A DNA stretch of 32,000 nt from Candidatus Iainarchaeum sp. (GCA_028710695.1 JAQTTP010000002.1:1-32000); one strand, 5' to 3'; counted from the first letter of the stretch, positions 14,452 through 24,248 are shown. Notes: generated from the letters alone by a model not told the origin. Program-made: numbers and translations.

Positions 14452-15849
14452 TCACCGAGCCATAAACTTCCCTAACATTGGAAGCAATTGAGGTGCTTGT
14501 TCTCTTACCAATTCCTCATACATTCTATACAAAATATCAACTGTTAACAGTATTCCCATTCCGGTTCCTACTGCACCAGTAATGTCCGCAAATCCGGCCA
14601 TTAGTCCAACAAATATCGATCCCAAAATTGTAATTGTTGGGATATATCTATCCAAAACACCTTTTACTACTCTTGGGTCTCTTCTAAATCCTGGCAAATA
14701 CATTCCACTCTTATTTAGCTGATTAGCTAATGACCCGGAATCTTGTCCCGCCATCTGAACCCAAAGTACTCCAAACAAAACACATGCCGCAGTTAATACA
14801 ACAATATACAGTAAAGCAAATCCTATGCTAGACAGAATGTAACTCCATTCCGATCCACCACCAATTGCCTGGTTGAGGACATCTAGAACTACATTTCTTG
14901 TTGGATTAACCACCTTATCAATAAATGAAAATATTGTTGAAAATACTCCTGTGCCTTTTGCAATCCACTGCGCAAGCAAGTGTATATTTGCAAACAAAGC
15001 TGCAGCCAATATTACTGGCATATTGCTTACATAGAAGAACTTTACTGGGTACTTTCCCATAGCCCCTCTTTGTCCAACTGTTAGCGGAATATTTACGTGA
15101 ACTCCTTCAAAGTAAACAACTATGAAAAATACCACCAACGCAAATATTATAGGTAGGAGGTTGTTTACGAAACTTAATAGGAATCCACTTGTTCCTATGT
15201 TATGGAAAAATGACCATAACAATCCATCTGCAGATGCAAAATTAATTGCTGCATGTCCTATAGACAAACCTGCGCCCTGCGTAAATGGATTAAATATTCT
15301 AATTAATATTGTGCTGGCAACACCGCCCGCAATGAATAAAGAAATTCCAGAACCAAATCCGTAATTCTTTACAACTTCATCTAAATATAATAATATTATT
15401 GATCCTACTGCTACCTGCAATAAAACCCAGAAAAACATTCCTGGTTCTGGAGCCAAAAGCCCCATTTTTACATATATAAATCCTTCAAAGAAAGATAAGA
15501 TAATTGCTAACAATTTTTGCCAACTACTGAATTTTGCTCTTTGGGCAGGATCTGAAAAATCCATATTAATTATTTTACTTCCAACTAGCAATTGTAATAT
15601 AATGGATGCCACAACTATTGGACCTATACCTACACTAATTATTGTTCCGATTTTACTTGCCAATAAGTACTGGATGTGTTCTAAACCAATTTGAGCTGAT
15701 GCACTCAATCCGTAGATTGGGATCATACCCAAAACAAAGAACACAACTAGGATTAATAGTGTCCATTTAAGCTTAGATGTCAAAGATGGTTTTTCCTTTG
15801 GAGTTACAACTTCTGGAATAACCCTGAAAACATTATCCATTATACTCAT
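14452..15849 (-). CDS. secY: Preprotein translocase subunit SecY.
   Basis: A 465-aa polytopic protein with 'VIPEVVTPKEKPSLTSKLKWTLLIL...IPIYGL' and 'GSGISLFIAGG'. It follows uL15 with an ATGA overlap. Confidence 0.95.
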   Translation of the reverse strand: MSIMDNVFRVIPEVVTPKEKPSLTSKLKWTLLILVVFFVLGMIPIYGLSASAQIGLEHIQYLLASKIGTIISVGIGPIVVASIILQLLVGSKIINMDFSDPAQRAKFSSWQKLLAIILSFFEGFIYVKMGLLAPEPGMFFWVLLQVAVGSIILLYLDEVVKNYGFGSGISLFIAGGVASTILIRIFNPFTQGAGLSIGHAAINFASADGLLWSFFHNIGTSGFLLSFVNNLLPIIFALVVFFIVVYFEGVHVNIPLTVGQRGAMGKYPVKFFYVSNMPVILAAALFANIHLLAQWIAKGTGVFSTIFSFIDKVVNPTRNVVLDVLNQAIGGGSEWSYILSSIGFALLYIVVLTAACVLFGVLWVQMAGQDSGSLANQLNKSGMYLPGFRRDPRVVKGVLDRYIPTITILGSIFVGLMAGFADITGAVGTGMGILLTVDILYRMYEELVREQAPQLLPMLGKFMAR

Positions 15850-16274
15850 TCTATCTTTCCTCCCTTGCTTTCAACCATCTTTTTAACATTCTCAATAGCT
15901 TTTATATTTTTCAAAATGAATTTATATTTTGGCTCTTTTCTACCAATTACTTTAGTATATTTCTTAAATCTCTTATTTTCTGCAAAGTCAATTTCTATTC
16001 CTTTTTCAAGATCTGCTTTTTTAATTGTGCCTGCGTCAACAAGATTATCTACATACTCATTTAACATTAATAAAGATATTGCTATATCTTCAGTTCGTGC
16101 TCTTTGAGAAACTTTTGGTTCTTCATCCATGAACTTAATCCAGTGGTGCCCAAAGTGTCCAGCTCTTCCTCTTCCACCTCTAGAACCTGCACCTCTTCTT
16201 GCCTTAGTGTCTCCTGCACCTCTAGTTCTTGTTCCCAAATATCTTTTTTTCCTTCTTTCTTGTCTTACAACCAT
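15846..16274 (-). CDS. rpl15: 50S ribosomal protein uL15.
   Basis: 'RRKKRYLGTRTRGAGDTKARRGAGSRGGRGRAGHFGHHW'. Confidence 0.92.
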   Translation of the reverse strand: MVVRQERRKKRYLGTRTRGAGDTKARRGAGSRGGRGRAGHFGHHWIKFMDEEPKVSQRARTEDIAISLLMLNEYVDNLVDAGTIKKADLEKGIEIDFAENKRFKKYTKVIGRKEPKYKFILKNIKAIENVKKMVESKGGKIE

Positions 16275-16309
16275 AAAAAATCACTTCTTAGATTATAACT
16301 ATATAAAAA

Positions 16310-16765
16310 TTATATCATCTTATTCAAAAGAGTGTTTATCTCTTTTCCTCTTGGGCCTAAGTCTCCACCTTGTTTAAATGTTGACTTTATTGATACTAGG
16401 CCTTTTGATGCTGGGCTTAATCTAAACACTTTTTTTATGCCCAATTCATAAACTTTTTTTGGCTCTGTGTACATTTCAACTACTTTTTCCAAAGTAATTT
16501 TCTTTTCTTTGAAGAATTCTGGAGTCAGTCTTTTATTTCCTTCTAATCTTCCTCTTTTTTCAACCATTGCTTTCAATGTTGCGTCATCAATTTCACCATA
16601 AGTTACGTGATCTTTAACTTTGTCAAGTTGACCTTTCATAACTTCATCTAATTTAACAATAACACAATGGTTTACTCTTGTTAAGCCCATGATTTTCAAA
16701 GCATAATTTACTTGAGTGCTTTTCTTTGCAGCACCTCTTAATCTAATTACAGCTAATAAAGTCAT
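16310..16765 (-). CDS. rpl30: 50S ribosomal protein uL30.
   Basis: 'LLAVIRLRGAAKKSTQVNYALKIMGLTRVNHCVIV...VKDHVTYGEI'. The ATG at 16765 follows AGGTGGTAAA; the longer track ORF overlaps uS5. Confidence 0.9.
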   Translation of the reverse strand: MTLLAVIRLRGAAKKSTQVNYALKIMGLTRVNHCVIVKLDEVMKGQLDKVKDHVTYGEIDDATLKAMVEKRGRLEGNKRLTPEFFKEKKITLEKVVEMYTEPKKVYELGIKKVFRLSPASKGLVSIKSTFKQGGDLGPRGKEINTLLNKMI

Positions 16766-16766
16766 T

Positions 16767-17492
16767 TTACCACCTATTTGTCTTTGATAATGCATCTATT
16801 GTGGCTTTTACAAAGTTCAGAGTTGTTCCTGTGCTTCCAAATCCTCTGCCCCACACATCATTAATATTACATAAATTAAATACTTCCTTAATTGCTTTTG
16901 CAACAACTAATCCAGTTCCTTTTGGTGCTGGCTTTAGCTCAACTTTCACACCACCACATTTTCCATTTACTTTGTATGGAATACTGTGAGGAGTTCCGCA
17001 GTTACATTCCCAAGCTCCACATCCGTGATTTACTTTTATCACATTTAGTCTTGCTTTCTTTGCTGCTTTTGCAATTGCAGTTAATTTGTCCGGGTCTTTT
17101 TCTGTTCCTAATCCTAAGTATCCTCTTTTATCTCCAATTAATACAGTTGCTCTAAAAGAGTATCTTCTTCCTGACATCCTTACATAGGATGTTTTTTTAG
17201 TATCAACAACTTTCTCAGTTAGTTCCAAAAAGAAATCAATTATTTGTGGTTCCAATATCTTTAGTCCTTTTGCCAAAATTTCATCTAAAGACTTTATTTC
17301 TCCAGATTTAACTTTTTTTCCTAGAACAGTTTTTGGAGCCCAATCAGCCATTGAATATCTTGCCAATAGTTGCTTTTTTACAACCATTTCTCGGATATTA
17401 TCTTGCTTTTCAGTATCAGTTTTTTTCTTTTCTTCTACTGCGATTTTTTTATCCACTCTTGTCTTTCTTGCTAACTTATATTTATCTACCAT
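16767..17492 (-). CDS. rps5: 30S ribosomal protein uS5.
   Basis: 'WAPKTVLGKKVKSGEI', 'RFSFRATVLIGDKRGYLGLGTEKD...AIAKAAKKARLNVIKV'. Confidence 0.95.
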   Translation of the reverse strand: MVDKYKLARKTRVDKKIAVEEKKKTDTEKQDNIREMVVKKQLLARYSMADWAPKTVLGKKVKSGEIKSLDEILAKGLKILEPQIIDFFLELTEKVVDTKKTSYVRMSGRRYSFRATVLIGDKRGYLGLGTEKDPDKLTAIAKAAKKARLNVIKVNHGCGAWECNCGTPHSIPYKVNGKCGGVKVELKPAPKGTGLVVAKAIKEVFNLCNINDVWGRGFGSTGTTLNFVKATIDALSKTNRW

Positions 17493-17504
17493 GGATTATT
17501 CCCC

Positions 17505-17990
17505 TTAAAACTTCAACCCGTCAATTTTCTTTAAATATTCCTTCAATTCTGTTTCTGATTTTCCAGCCAATAATGTTTTCATATCTGGCAAAACTTCTGG
17601 TTCGTGAGCTATTGCCATACCAGAATCAACCATTCCTTTTAAAACACTAAAAAGTTTTCCACCTTTATGGATTTTTTGCATTCCTAAATCCAAAATTGCT
17701 TCCTTTTTTAATTTCAAAGCCACCACTTTTTTTCCAAAGTAGTAACCTGCCAAATATCCACTAAATCTGCTTTTATATGATGCTGTTTTAAGCCCGATTC
17801 CAGAGAGAACATCAGAGTATACGTTCAATTTTACATTGTCGCCCTTTAGGTTATGTAGAACATATTGCATTATTACTCTCTTGTTGGTTAATCTAACCAC
17901 AATTCTAGGGATCTTAGACTTTAACATACCGAATCTTTTTTCGTAGTTGGTTCTAAGCTCTGTTCTTCGTCTATAATCGTGCTTTTTCAT
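17505..17990 (-). CDS. rpl18: 50S ribosomal protein uL18.
   Basis: 'YRRRTELRTNYEKRFGMLKSKIPRIVVRLTNKRVIMQ'. ATGA overlap with eL19. Confidence 0.92.
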   Translation of the reverse strand: MKKHDYRRRTELRTNYEKRFGMLKSKIPRIVVRLTNKRVIMQYVLHNLKGDNVKLNVYSDVLSGIGLKTASYKSRFSGYLAGYYFGKKVVALKLKKEAILDLGMQKIHKGGKLFSVLKGMVDSGMAIAHEPEVLPDMKTLLAGKSETELKEYLKKIDGLKF

Positions 17991-18424
17991 TTTTTCACCT
18001 TATCAACATACAACTTTATGTGGCCTTTACTTCTAAAGAATCCACCTCTTACTTTAGCATAAAGATCTTTGTATAATGTAGAATCTATTTCGTTCTTATC
18101 TTTCATTTCTCTAATATATTTTCTTTGTGCCCTAACCTTCTTTATCCATTCTTCTTTAGGTCTTGTTCTTGCGGTCTTTACACCTTTTCTTGTTCCTGGA
18201 CCTCTTCTTCTTCCTGCGGTTTTCTTAGCTTTCAGCTTTCTTGCCCTGCCTCTACTTTGGCCAGATATTACTTTCTTTACTGTCCCATTATTCACCATTT
18301 CTTTAATATCGTCTTTTGTAATGGCTTTTTTTACTTCAGTAGTTGCATCAGGGGAAATCCAAACTTTTGACTTTCCAACATTAAGCAATTTTGAAACCTG
18401 TCCTCTAAAAGATTTCATATTCAT
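17987..18424 (-). CDS. rpl19e: 50S ribosomal protein eL19 (L19e).
   Basis: 'SKLLNVGKSKVWISPD', 'GQSRGRARKLKAKKTAGRRRGPGTRKG'. Three candidate ATGs (18430/18424/18418) follow GGTGAT. Confidence 0.9.
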   Translation of the reverse strand: MNMKSFRGQVSKLLNVGKSKVWISPDATTEVKKAITKDDIKEMVNNGTVKKVISGQSRGRARKLKAKKTAGRRRGPGTRKGVKTARTRPKEEWIKKVRAQRKYIREMKDKNEIDSTLYKDLYAKVRGGFFRSKGHIKLYVDKVKK

Positions 18425-18455
18425 ATTCATCACCAAAAAACATAATCCAATTTTT

Positions 18456-18968
18456 CTAATTCAATATCTTTATTCCTTTTTTCTCAGCTTCTTTTCTAAT
18501 AGACTCTTTCTTTTTCTTTCCAACTGTTGAGCTTATTCTTGCTGCGTGTGTTTCTTTCTTTACTTTTTCTAAATCTTTAACATTACATACTCTTGTTTCT
18601 CTATATCCTGATGGGTGTAGTCCTCTTATTTCCTCTGGGTTCTTATAACCGCCTTTAACTCTACAACCGTCTCCTTTTTTCCACTTTATATCTATTCCTC
18701 TTGGAACTCTCCACTTATTGAACTTGTCCTTAGCCTTACTTCTTATTTGTCTTATTCCAAATCTTCCTCTAAAAGTTGGGTGTTTCTTTTTCTTTGAAAT
18801 CAATTTCTTAAGTCTAGCTATCAAACTTGTAGGAGCTACTCTTTTCTTTTCTTTTTTTCCTTGTTTTGCTTTGGCCTTTGGTTTAGTTTCTTTTACTGGC
18901 TCGTTTTTAGCTTCTACCTTTGGTTCTACTGCTTTCTTAACAGTACTTGCTTTTTTAATATCACTCAT
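18456..18968 (-). CDS. rpl32e: 50S ribosomal protein eL32 (L32e) with a ~45-aa Lys-rich N-terminal extension.
   Basis: The core is 'FNKWRVPRGIDIKWKK...GYKNPEEIRGLHPSGYRETRVCNVKDLE'. The N-terminus reads 'KKAVEPKVEAKNEPVKETKPKAKAK'. The ATG at 18968 follows AAGGTGTTCAAA. Confidence 0.9.
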   Translation of the reverse strand: MSDIKKASTVKKAVEPKVEAKNEPVKETKPKAKAKQGKKEKKRVAPTSLIARLKKLISKKKKHPTFRGRFGIRQIRSKAKDKFNKWRVPRGIDIKWKKGDGCRVKGGYKNPEEIRGLHPSGYRETRVCNVKDLEKVKKETHAARISSTVGKKKKESIRKEAEKKGIKILN

Positions 18969-19491
18969 TTTGAACACCTTTTTCAACTATATAAATTCCG
19001 TCTTGGAAAATTCTTCTATCTTTAGATCTTACTTTTGCTTTACCTTCAATATTAGCTGCTACTTGGCCTGCAGCATCCTTATCTACAGAAATTATGAAAA
19101 TATCTTTTCCTTTAATTTCAACTTTTACATTGTCAACAAGCTTAATTTTTATTTGCTTTTTTTGACCTGCAAAATTGGATATTACAAATACATTGTCTTT
19201 TACTGCAACACTTAATGGGAAGTGAGAATATACTATACTCAATTTGTAATTATATGGTCTACAAACCCCAGATATCATGTTTTTAATATTCTTGGATAAA
19301 GTCATCATCTGAGCTCTTGCTGGCTTTTTTTCGTTTTTTGTTTTAAAGGTTATATCTTTCCCGTTTATTGTCAAGTCAACCAATCTTACTGGGTTCTTTT
19401 TTGACACACTACCTTTAGGCCCTTTAACAACGAAGTTTTTACCATCGTATTTTACTTCAACATTATCCGGAACTTTAATATTTGATTCCAT
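18961..19491 (-). CDS. rpl6: 50S ribosomal protein uL6.
   Basis: 'IKVPDNVEVKYDGKNFVVKGPKGSVSK' and a two-domain L6 pattern. The ATG follows GAAGGTGAAAAAA. Confidence 0.92.
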   Translation of the reverse strand: MESNIKVPDNVEVKYDGKNFVVKGPKGSVSKKNPVRLVDLTINGKDITFKTKNEKKPARAQMMTLSKNIKNMISGVCRPYNYKLSIVYSHFPLSVAVKDNVFVISNFAGQKKQIKIKLVDNVKVEIKGKDIFIISVDKDAAGQVAANIEGKAKVRSKDRRIFQDGIYIVEKGVQNE

Positions 19492-19502
19492 TTTTTTCAC
19501 CT

Positions 19503-19892
19503 TCAATATACATATGCTATTAATTTTCCGCCAATTCCTTGTTTCTTGGCTTCTCTATGAGTCATTATTCCTTTTGGAGTTGAAACTACCAAATAACCCA
19601 TGTTCTTAGATGGAAGATATCTCTTCTCAAATCTCTCATAATCTTTAATTTGTACAGAATATCTTGGCTTTATTGCCTTACATTCTGTTATTGCACCTTT
19701 AAGCTTAACTTCAAGGATTCCGCCTCTTGGATTTTCTTTAACATCGAATCCTTCAATATAACTCAGATCTCTCAAAAGACTACATGTTGCTACAATTAAT
19801 TTACTTGCTGGCTTTATGCTACAGCTTCTTTTAGCAACAAATTCTGAATTTTTCATCATTATCATTGCATCTGAAAATACATCAACACTCAT
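19503..19892 (-). CDS. rps8: 30S ribosomal protein uS8.
   Basis: 'DVFSDAMIMMKNSE...', 'YLVVSTPKGIMTHREAKKQGIGGKLIAYVY'. Confidence 0.93.
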   Translation of the reverse strand: MSVDVFSDAMIMMKNSEFVAKRSCSIKPASKLIVATCSLLRDLSYIEGFDVKENPRGGILEVKLKGAITECKAIKPRYSVQIKDYERFEKRYLPSKNMGYLVVSTPKGIMTHREAKKQGIGGKLIAYVY

Positions 19893-19903
19893 TTTAAACA
19901 CCT

Positions 19904-20038
19904 TTAATTATATTTTTTAAATCCTAAATTTATTGCATTATCTTTGAAACATCTTCTACAAACATAAAGATTATACTTTCTTACTAGGCCTCTATTTGTG
20001 CCGCAGATTTTACAAACAACCTTTTTCTTATCTGTCAT
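19904..20038 (-). CDS. rps14: 30S ribosomal protein uS14 (zinc-binding type, 44 aa). Absent from the ORF track because it is under 60 aa.
   Basis: Hand translation gives MTDKKKVVCKICGTNRGLVRKYNLYVCRRCFKDNAINLGFKKYN, with CxxC...CxxC. The ATG overlaps the uL5 TGA (ATATGA). It holds the conserved uL5/uS8 position. Confidence 0.9.
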   Translation of the reverse strand: MTDKKKVVCKICGTNRGLVRKYNLYVCRRCFKDNAINLGFKKYN

Positions 20039-20742
20039 ATTACATCAACCCCGAAGGTCTTGTTAACATAAGCAACTGCATCTTCTTTTGTAACTTTGTG
20101 TGTGTTTCCAATGCTTTTTCTGTAAAGCAATCTATTCTTTACTCTATATCCTCTTCTTTTTAAATTTACTATAACGTCAAATCCAAGCAATCCTAATTTA
20201 GGGTCATATTTCATTCCTTGTATATCAATGTATTCCTTTACACCCAAAGCAAAGTTTCCATTCTCGTCAAAGCTCTTTGATTTTATCTGGTTCTTATATG
20301 CTTTGAAAACTCTTGCCAAGATTTCTTTTGCTTTCTTGCCTCTCAAAGTAACTTTAGTACCAATTGGTAGGCCAGGCTTTATACCCCATTTTGGCAATCT
20401 TGTTTTTGCCTTAGTTTCAACAGGTTTCATTTCAGTTAATCTTACCAAAATTTCTTTAGCATTCTGCAGTTTTCCAGCATTATCTCCAACACACATATGC
20501 AGAACTACCTTGTCTAATTGTAGTTCTCTCATTGCATTGTTTGAGTTCTTAACAACCTTTGCACTAGTAGATTTAGTAGCCTTACTAGGAGTCAAAGCCT
20601 TTGTCTCTGCTTTACCTTGGTGTTCTTTGGCTTCTTTCTTTACTTCAACCTTTGGCTCTTTCTTAGCTTCTACTTTAGGTTCTACTTTAGGCACAGGTTT
20701 CTGTTCTACTGCCTTGCTTTCTTTTGCTTGCTCTTTAGACAT
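20035..20742 (-). CDS. rpl5: 50S ribosomal protein uL5 with a ~65-aa Lys-rich N-terminal extension.
   Basis: The core starts 'NAMRELQLDKVVLHMCVG'. The N-terminus reads 'KPVPKVEPKVEAKKEPKVEVKKEAKE'. Confidence 0.92.
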   Translation of the reverse strand: MSKEQAKESKAVEQKPVPKVEPKVEAKKEPKVEVKKEAKEHQGKAETKALTPSKATKSTSAKVVKNSNNAMRELQLDKVVLHMCVGDNAGKLQNAKEILVRLTEMKPVETKAKTRLPKWGIKPGLPIGTKVTLRGKKAKEILARVFKAYKNQIKSKSFDENGNFALGVKEYIDIQGMKYDPKLGLLGFDVIVNLKRRGYRVKNRLLYRKSIGNTHKVTKEDAVAYVNKTFGVDVI

Positions 20743-20761
20743 TGTAATCACACCCTAAATA

Positions 20762-21478
20762 TCATTGTACTAAATAATCAAATTCGTCCGGTAACATAAA
20801 TACATAATCCAACAAACTTCTTACTTCTTTTTTCTTTGTTTTAACAACAATTTCTGCTTTTCTTACCTCATCTCCAGAAACTATTGCTTTAACATTTCCC
20901 ACATTTCCAATGTGTGTTCCTTCTATGAAAATTACTTTTACACCTTCACTAAATTCATAGTGATCTTTTATCTTCTTTGCTTTAAAATCATAAGCCACAA
21001 CATCATTTACCTTGTACTTATCTTTATCTATATTTATATTATAGCCGTTGTCCAAAAATAACTGCTTTTTTCCACCTTTTACAGTTTTCTTTCCAACAAT
21101 TTTGCTTAATCTTAAATCTGGCTTTTTATAATCTATTTCTATTATTTCCATCTTCTTGTTTTTGTGTGGAACAAAAGTATATTTCTTTTTTGTATCTACT
21201 AAATCTATAATGTCAAACAATCCAACAGGGAATTTATAATCTTTTATTCTTACACCATTTACTAAAACAGTTTTTGTTTGCAAAACTTTTTTTACTTCTC
21301 TTAAGTCATTTGCAACATTCAAAATGTTTCTTAAAACAACAGTCATAGACACACATTTCTGCTCTGCTTTTGTGCCTGGAGCTGGTTTTACTAAAAAAGT
21401 ATGATCCTTTTTTAAAACATGCTTTGGTCCAGCATAACTTATTCTTTTTAAAGTTGAACTTCCACCTTTACTTGCCAT
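20762..21478 (-). CDS. rps4e: 30S ribosomal protein eS4 (S4e).
   Basis: 'LKRISYAGPKHVLKKDHTFLVKPAPG', 'VLVNGVRIKDYKFPVGLFDIIDL'. Confidence 0.93.
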   Translation of the reverse strand: MASKGGSSTLKRISYAGPKHVLKKDHTFLVKPAPGTKAEQKCVSMTVVLRNILNVANDLREVKKVLQTKTVLVNGVRIKDYKFPVGLFDIIDLVDTKKKYTFVPHKNKKMEIIEIDYKKPDLRLSKIVGKKTVKGGKKQLFLDNGYNINIDKDKYKVNDVVAYDFKAKKIKDHYEFSEGVKVIFIEGTHIGNVGNVKAIVSGDEVRKAEIVVKTKKKEVRSLLDYVFMLPDEFDYLVQ

Positions 21479-21483
21479 CTTAT

Positions 21484-22029
21484 TCACCTTTTCTTAACCT
21501 TGTCTTGTTTGCTCATAATTGCCAAATCCTTGCCTAATCTTTGTTTGTCTTGGTTTGCTTTTGACTCTTTTTTGTGTTCTTCTTTTTGAGTCTCTTTTTT
21601 AGGCTCTGCTTTTGGCTCTTTCTTTACTTCTTTTTTAACATCAACTTTCTTTGGTGTTTCTTTTTTTTCTTTATGTACTTTTTTTTCTTTCTTAAGCTTT
21701 GACAATCTAACATTGTCGTTCAAGCTAAGTTCTTTTATTATTAAATTTGAAGGCTGGAACTTTACGTAAATTTCCTTACCATCAACTTTCTTAATTTTTA
21801 GATTATCAATATTAACATAACTGTCGGCAACACTTGCTTTAACAATTTTTCCTTCTTTGCCTTTGTATTTTCCAACCATTACTTTTACTATATCGTCTTT
21901 TCTTACTTGTATGGCTCTCATCTTGTATTTATCTCTCAGTTCTTTTGATAAGTGAACCCTTAATTCCTTTTGCTTTCTATGCAAAGGAGCATTCATCTTT
22001 CTTTTTCTTTCTGAATCTGGTTTTACCAT
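21484..22029 (-). CDS. rpl24: 50S ribosomal protein uL24 with a ~70-aa Lys-rich C-terminal extension.
   Basis: KOW core 'VRKDDIVKVMVGKYKGKEGKIVK'. The tail reads 'KKEKKVHKEKKETPKKVDVKKEVKKEPKAEPKKETQKEEHKKESK'. Confidence 0.9.
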   Translation of the reverse strand: MVKPDSERKRKMNAPLHRKQKELRVHLSKELRDKYKMRAIQVRKDDIVKVMVGKYKGKEGKIVKASVADSYVNIDNLKIKKVDGKEIYVKFQPSNLIIKELSLNDNVRLSKLKKEKKVHKEKKETPKKVDVKKEVKKEPKAEPKKETQKEEHKKESKANQDKQRLGKDLAIMSKQDKVKKR

Positions 22030-22045
22030 TAAATCACCTTAAATA

Positions 22046-22444
22046 TTATACAATCATAGATGCTTTTCCTGCAATCTTAGGCCATCTTTCTCCAATTTCT
22101 TTTGGAACTGCACCTTTAACTTCTGTTCCTTTTGGAACTCCGTCTTTATCAACTAATACAACCGCGTTATCTTCAAACTTCAATTTCAATCCGTTTGCTC
22201 TTGTTAATCCGCTCTTTGTTCTTATTACAATTGCCATAAAAATCTTCTTTCTTAATTCTGGCTTACCTTTGGAAACAACTATATTTATCATATCCCCTAT
22301 TCCTGCTTTTGGTATTCTTCTTTTTCTTGTTTTCAAATTAAATACACTTATTAAGTATACTTCTTTTGCACCTGTGTTATCAGCACAAGTCATGTGAGTC
22401 TTTAATGCTACAGCTCTTTGTGGTGTTGCAGGCATTGCTTTCAT
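22046..22444 (-). CDS. rpl14: 50S ribosomal protein uL14.
   Basis: 'MTCADNTGAKEVYLISV', 'GDMINIVVSKGKPELRKK', 'FEDNAVVLVDKDGVPKGT'. Confidence 0.95.
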   Translation of the reverse strand: MKAMPATPQRAVALKTHMTCADNTGAKEVYLISVFNLKTRKRRIPKAGIGDMINIVVSKGKPELRKKIFMAIVIRTKSGLTRANGLKLKFEDNAVVLVDKDGVPKGTEVKGAVPKEIGERWPKIAGKASMIV

Positions 22445-22710
22445 TCTGAATCACCTTTAACTTTAGATACAATTATGAAATTTTTTGTTTTACTGATTTT
22501 TCTTGTTTCACCAATTCTTACAATGTCTCCTACTTCTACTTTTATTTCGTCAGGAACATGCACTGCAATTCTTGATTTAACTTTCGTATATCTTTCATAT
22601 TTCTTGATAAAGTGCACAATTTCTCTTTCAACAACAGCAGTTTTTGCACTCTTCATCTTAGTTATTTTTCCAACCAAAAATGAACCTCTCGGGATATATT
22701 TTGTTTCCAT
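22441..22710 (-). CDS. rps17: 30S ribosomal protein uS17.
   Basis: 'GKITKMKSAKTAVVEREIVHFIKKYERYTKVKSRIAVHVPD...VGDIVRIGETRKISKTK'. Confidence 0.93.
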   Translation of the reverse strand: METKYIPRGSFLVGKITKMKSAKTAVVEREIVHFIKKYERYTKVKSRIAVHVPDEIKVEVGDIVRIGETRKISKTKNFIIVSKVKGDSE

Positions 22711-22711
22711 T

Positions 22712-22975
22712 TTAAGTCCTCCAACATAATTTTATTCTTTCTTCCGGCCTGTAATTTATTTTATCTCCATTAACTAAATATTCTTCTTTTCCATTTCTAA
22801 ATTTAAACATCTTTCCTTTCTTTGGGATGGTCTTCAACCCATCTTTGCATTCAACAACAAAAACATTTTTCGTTTCGTTGTAAACTTTCCCTTTAATTCC
22901 TTTTTGGGAATCATCACTTGATTCCATTATTTCTATTTCCAATCCTAAATATTCCATTATCTCTTTTTTTCCCAT
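22712..22975 (-). CDS. rnp1: RNase P protein component 1 (Rpp29/Pop4).
   Basis: 'GLEIEIMESSDDSQKGIKGKVYNETKNVFVVE...KTIPKKGKMFKF...YRPEERI' is the Rpp29 Sm-like pattern. The gene precedes uS17 as conserved. Confidence 0.85.
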   Translation of the reverse strand: MGKKEIMEYLGLEIEIMESSDDSQKGIKGKVYNETKNVFVVECKDGLKTIPKKGKMFKFRNGKEEYLVNGDKINYRPEERIKLCWRT

Positions 22976-22993
22976 AAACTTTCATTTCCCTAT

Positions 22994-23290
22994 TTAACTT
23001 TTAATATTCTTGGGAGAAAATCCTCTTTTTATCAAGAAAGCTCTTGCTTTTCTTGTATGCCTTCCTTGTAGTTCAATTATATTATCTTTTGCTGTTCCAC
23101 CACAAGCTAATTCTTTCTTTAAATCTTTTGCCATTGATTCTACTTCTTTAGGATCAATACCGCTTATATCAGTTACCATTTTGAATTTTTTCTTAAATTC
23201 TCTTATTGTTATCTCTTCCTGTTCTGCCATTATTTTTTTACAAACACAAAGTTCTTTTGGCAAACCACATACTGCACATAAACCGCTCAT
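22994..23290 (-). CDS. sui1: Translation initiation factor aSUI1 (eIF1 homologue).
   Basis: An N-terminal 'CAVCGLPKELCVC' zinc knuckle and the SUI1 core 'ACGGTAKDNIIELQGRHTRKARAFLIKRGF'. Confidence 0.88.
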   Translation of the reverse strand: MSGLCAVCGLPKELCVCKKIMAEQEEITIREFKKKFKMVTDISGIDPKEVESMAKDLKKELACGGTAKDNIIELQGRHTRKARAFLIKRGFSPKNIKS

Positions 23291-23305
23291 TATGTCCAAA
23301 CTCCT

Positions 23306-23527
23306 TTATTTTTTAATAATACTTTTGGCTAGTTCATCCCTTTTCTTTTGAGAGATAACTGTTAATATTCTTGCAATATTTCTTCTTACATTTTTTATCT
23401 GATTTTTTTTATCATCCTTAGTTCCGATCTTTAGCTTAACTCTTTCTTCCATTAATTTTTCTTGTAATACATCAAGCTCTTTATTAAGCTCTTCGTAACT
23501 CTTTTTCAGATAATCTTTTGCTTTCAT
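23306..23527 (-). CDS. rpl29: 50S ribosomal protein uL29.
   Basis: 'SYEELNKELDVLQEKLMEERVKL...IKNVRRNIARILTVISQKK'. Confidence 0.9.
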   Translation of the reverse strand: MKAKDYLKKSYEELNKELDVLQEKLMEERVKLKIGTKDDKKNQIKNVRRNIARILTVISQKKRDELAKSIIKK

Positions 23528-23537
23528 AAAAATCCCT

Positions 23538-24218
23538 CTACTTCTTCTGCTCTTTGTCTAGAACTTCAACTTCTTTTTTCTCGTCCTCAGACATTATAGC
23601 ATATAATTTACTTACTTTATTCAAGATATCATCTTTACTAATTTTATCTGGGAAAACTGTTCCTGGCGGAATCAACTTTAAAGTAACTCCAATTGCTCCA
23701 GACTTTGTATATGCTGCACCAGTTCCAACTCTTACCTTTGAAACTTGGTCTCCAGCTTTTTTCATATAACCAAATGGAACTCTGTATTTCTGCTTTCTTC
23801 CACCTTTTGACATAAGTTTTCCTTTTATTAATAATTCAAATCCTTCTAAGTTTGTAGCAGTTAATTCTTTAACAGCCCTATATACAACAGATCTCCATGA
23901 AAAATTTCTTTCTAAACCGCTTATAATGCTGTTAACTATATGTTGAGCATTAAATTCTGGGTTCTCTATAGGCTTAATCTCTAATACTGGGTTCTTTATT
24001 TCGTATTTTGTTTCCAATATTTGAGTTAATTTCTTAACATTCTTTCCGCTATAACCTATTGCCAAACCAGGTTTTGCAACAGTAAGTATTATTTTTGTAG
24101 CCATTGGTGTTTTCACAATTTCAACGCCACTGAATCCAGCCTTACTAAGGTTCTTTCTAAAGAAATCCTCAATCTGTATCTTTCTATATGCTTGCTGTAT
24201 AAAGTTTTTCTCTATCAT
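23538..24218 (-). CDS. rps3: 30S ribosomal protein uS3.
   Basis: KH domain 'GFSGVEIVKTPMATKIILTVAKPGLAIGYSGKNVKKL', plus 'GRKQKYRVPFGYMKKAGD'. Confidence 0.95.
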   Translation of the reverse strand: MIEKNFIQQAYRKIQIEDFFRKNLSKAGFSGVEIVKTPMATKIILTVAKPGLAIGYSGKNVKKLTQILETKYEIKNPVLEIKPIENPEFNAQHIVNSIISGLERNFSWRSVVYRAVKELTATNLEGFELLIKGKLMSKGGRKQKYRVPFGYMKKAGDQVSKVRVGTGAAYTKSGAIGVTLKLIPPGTVFPDKISKDDILNKVSKLYAIMSEDEKKEVEVLDKEQKK

Positions 24219-24248
24219 GATTATCACGCCATTAATTCAATATAATTA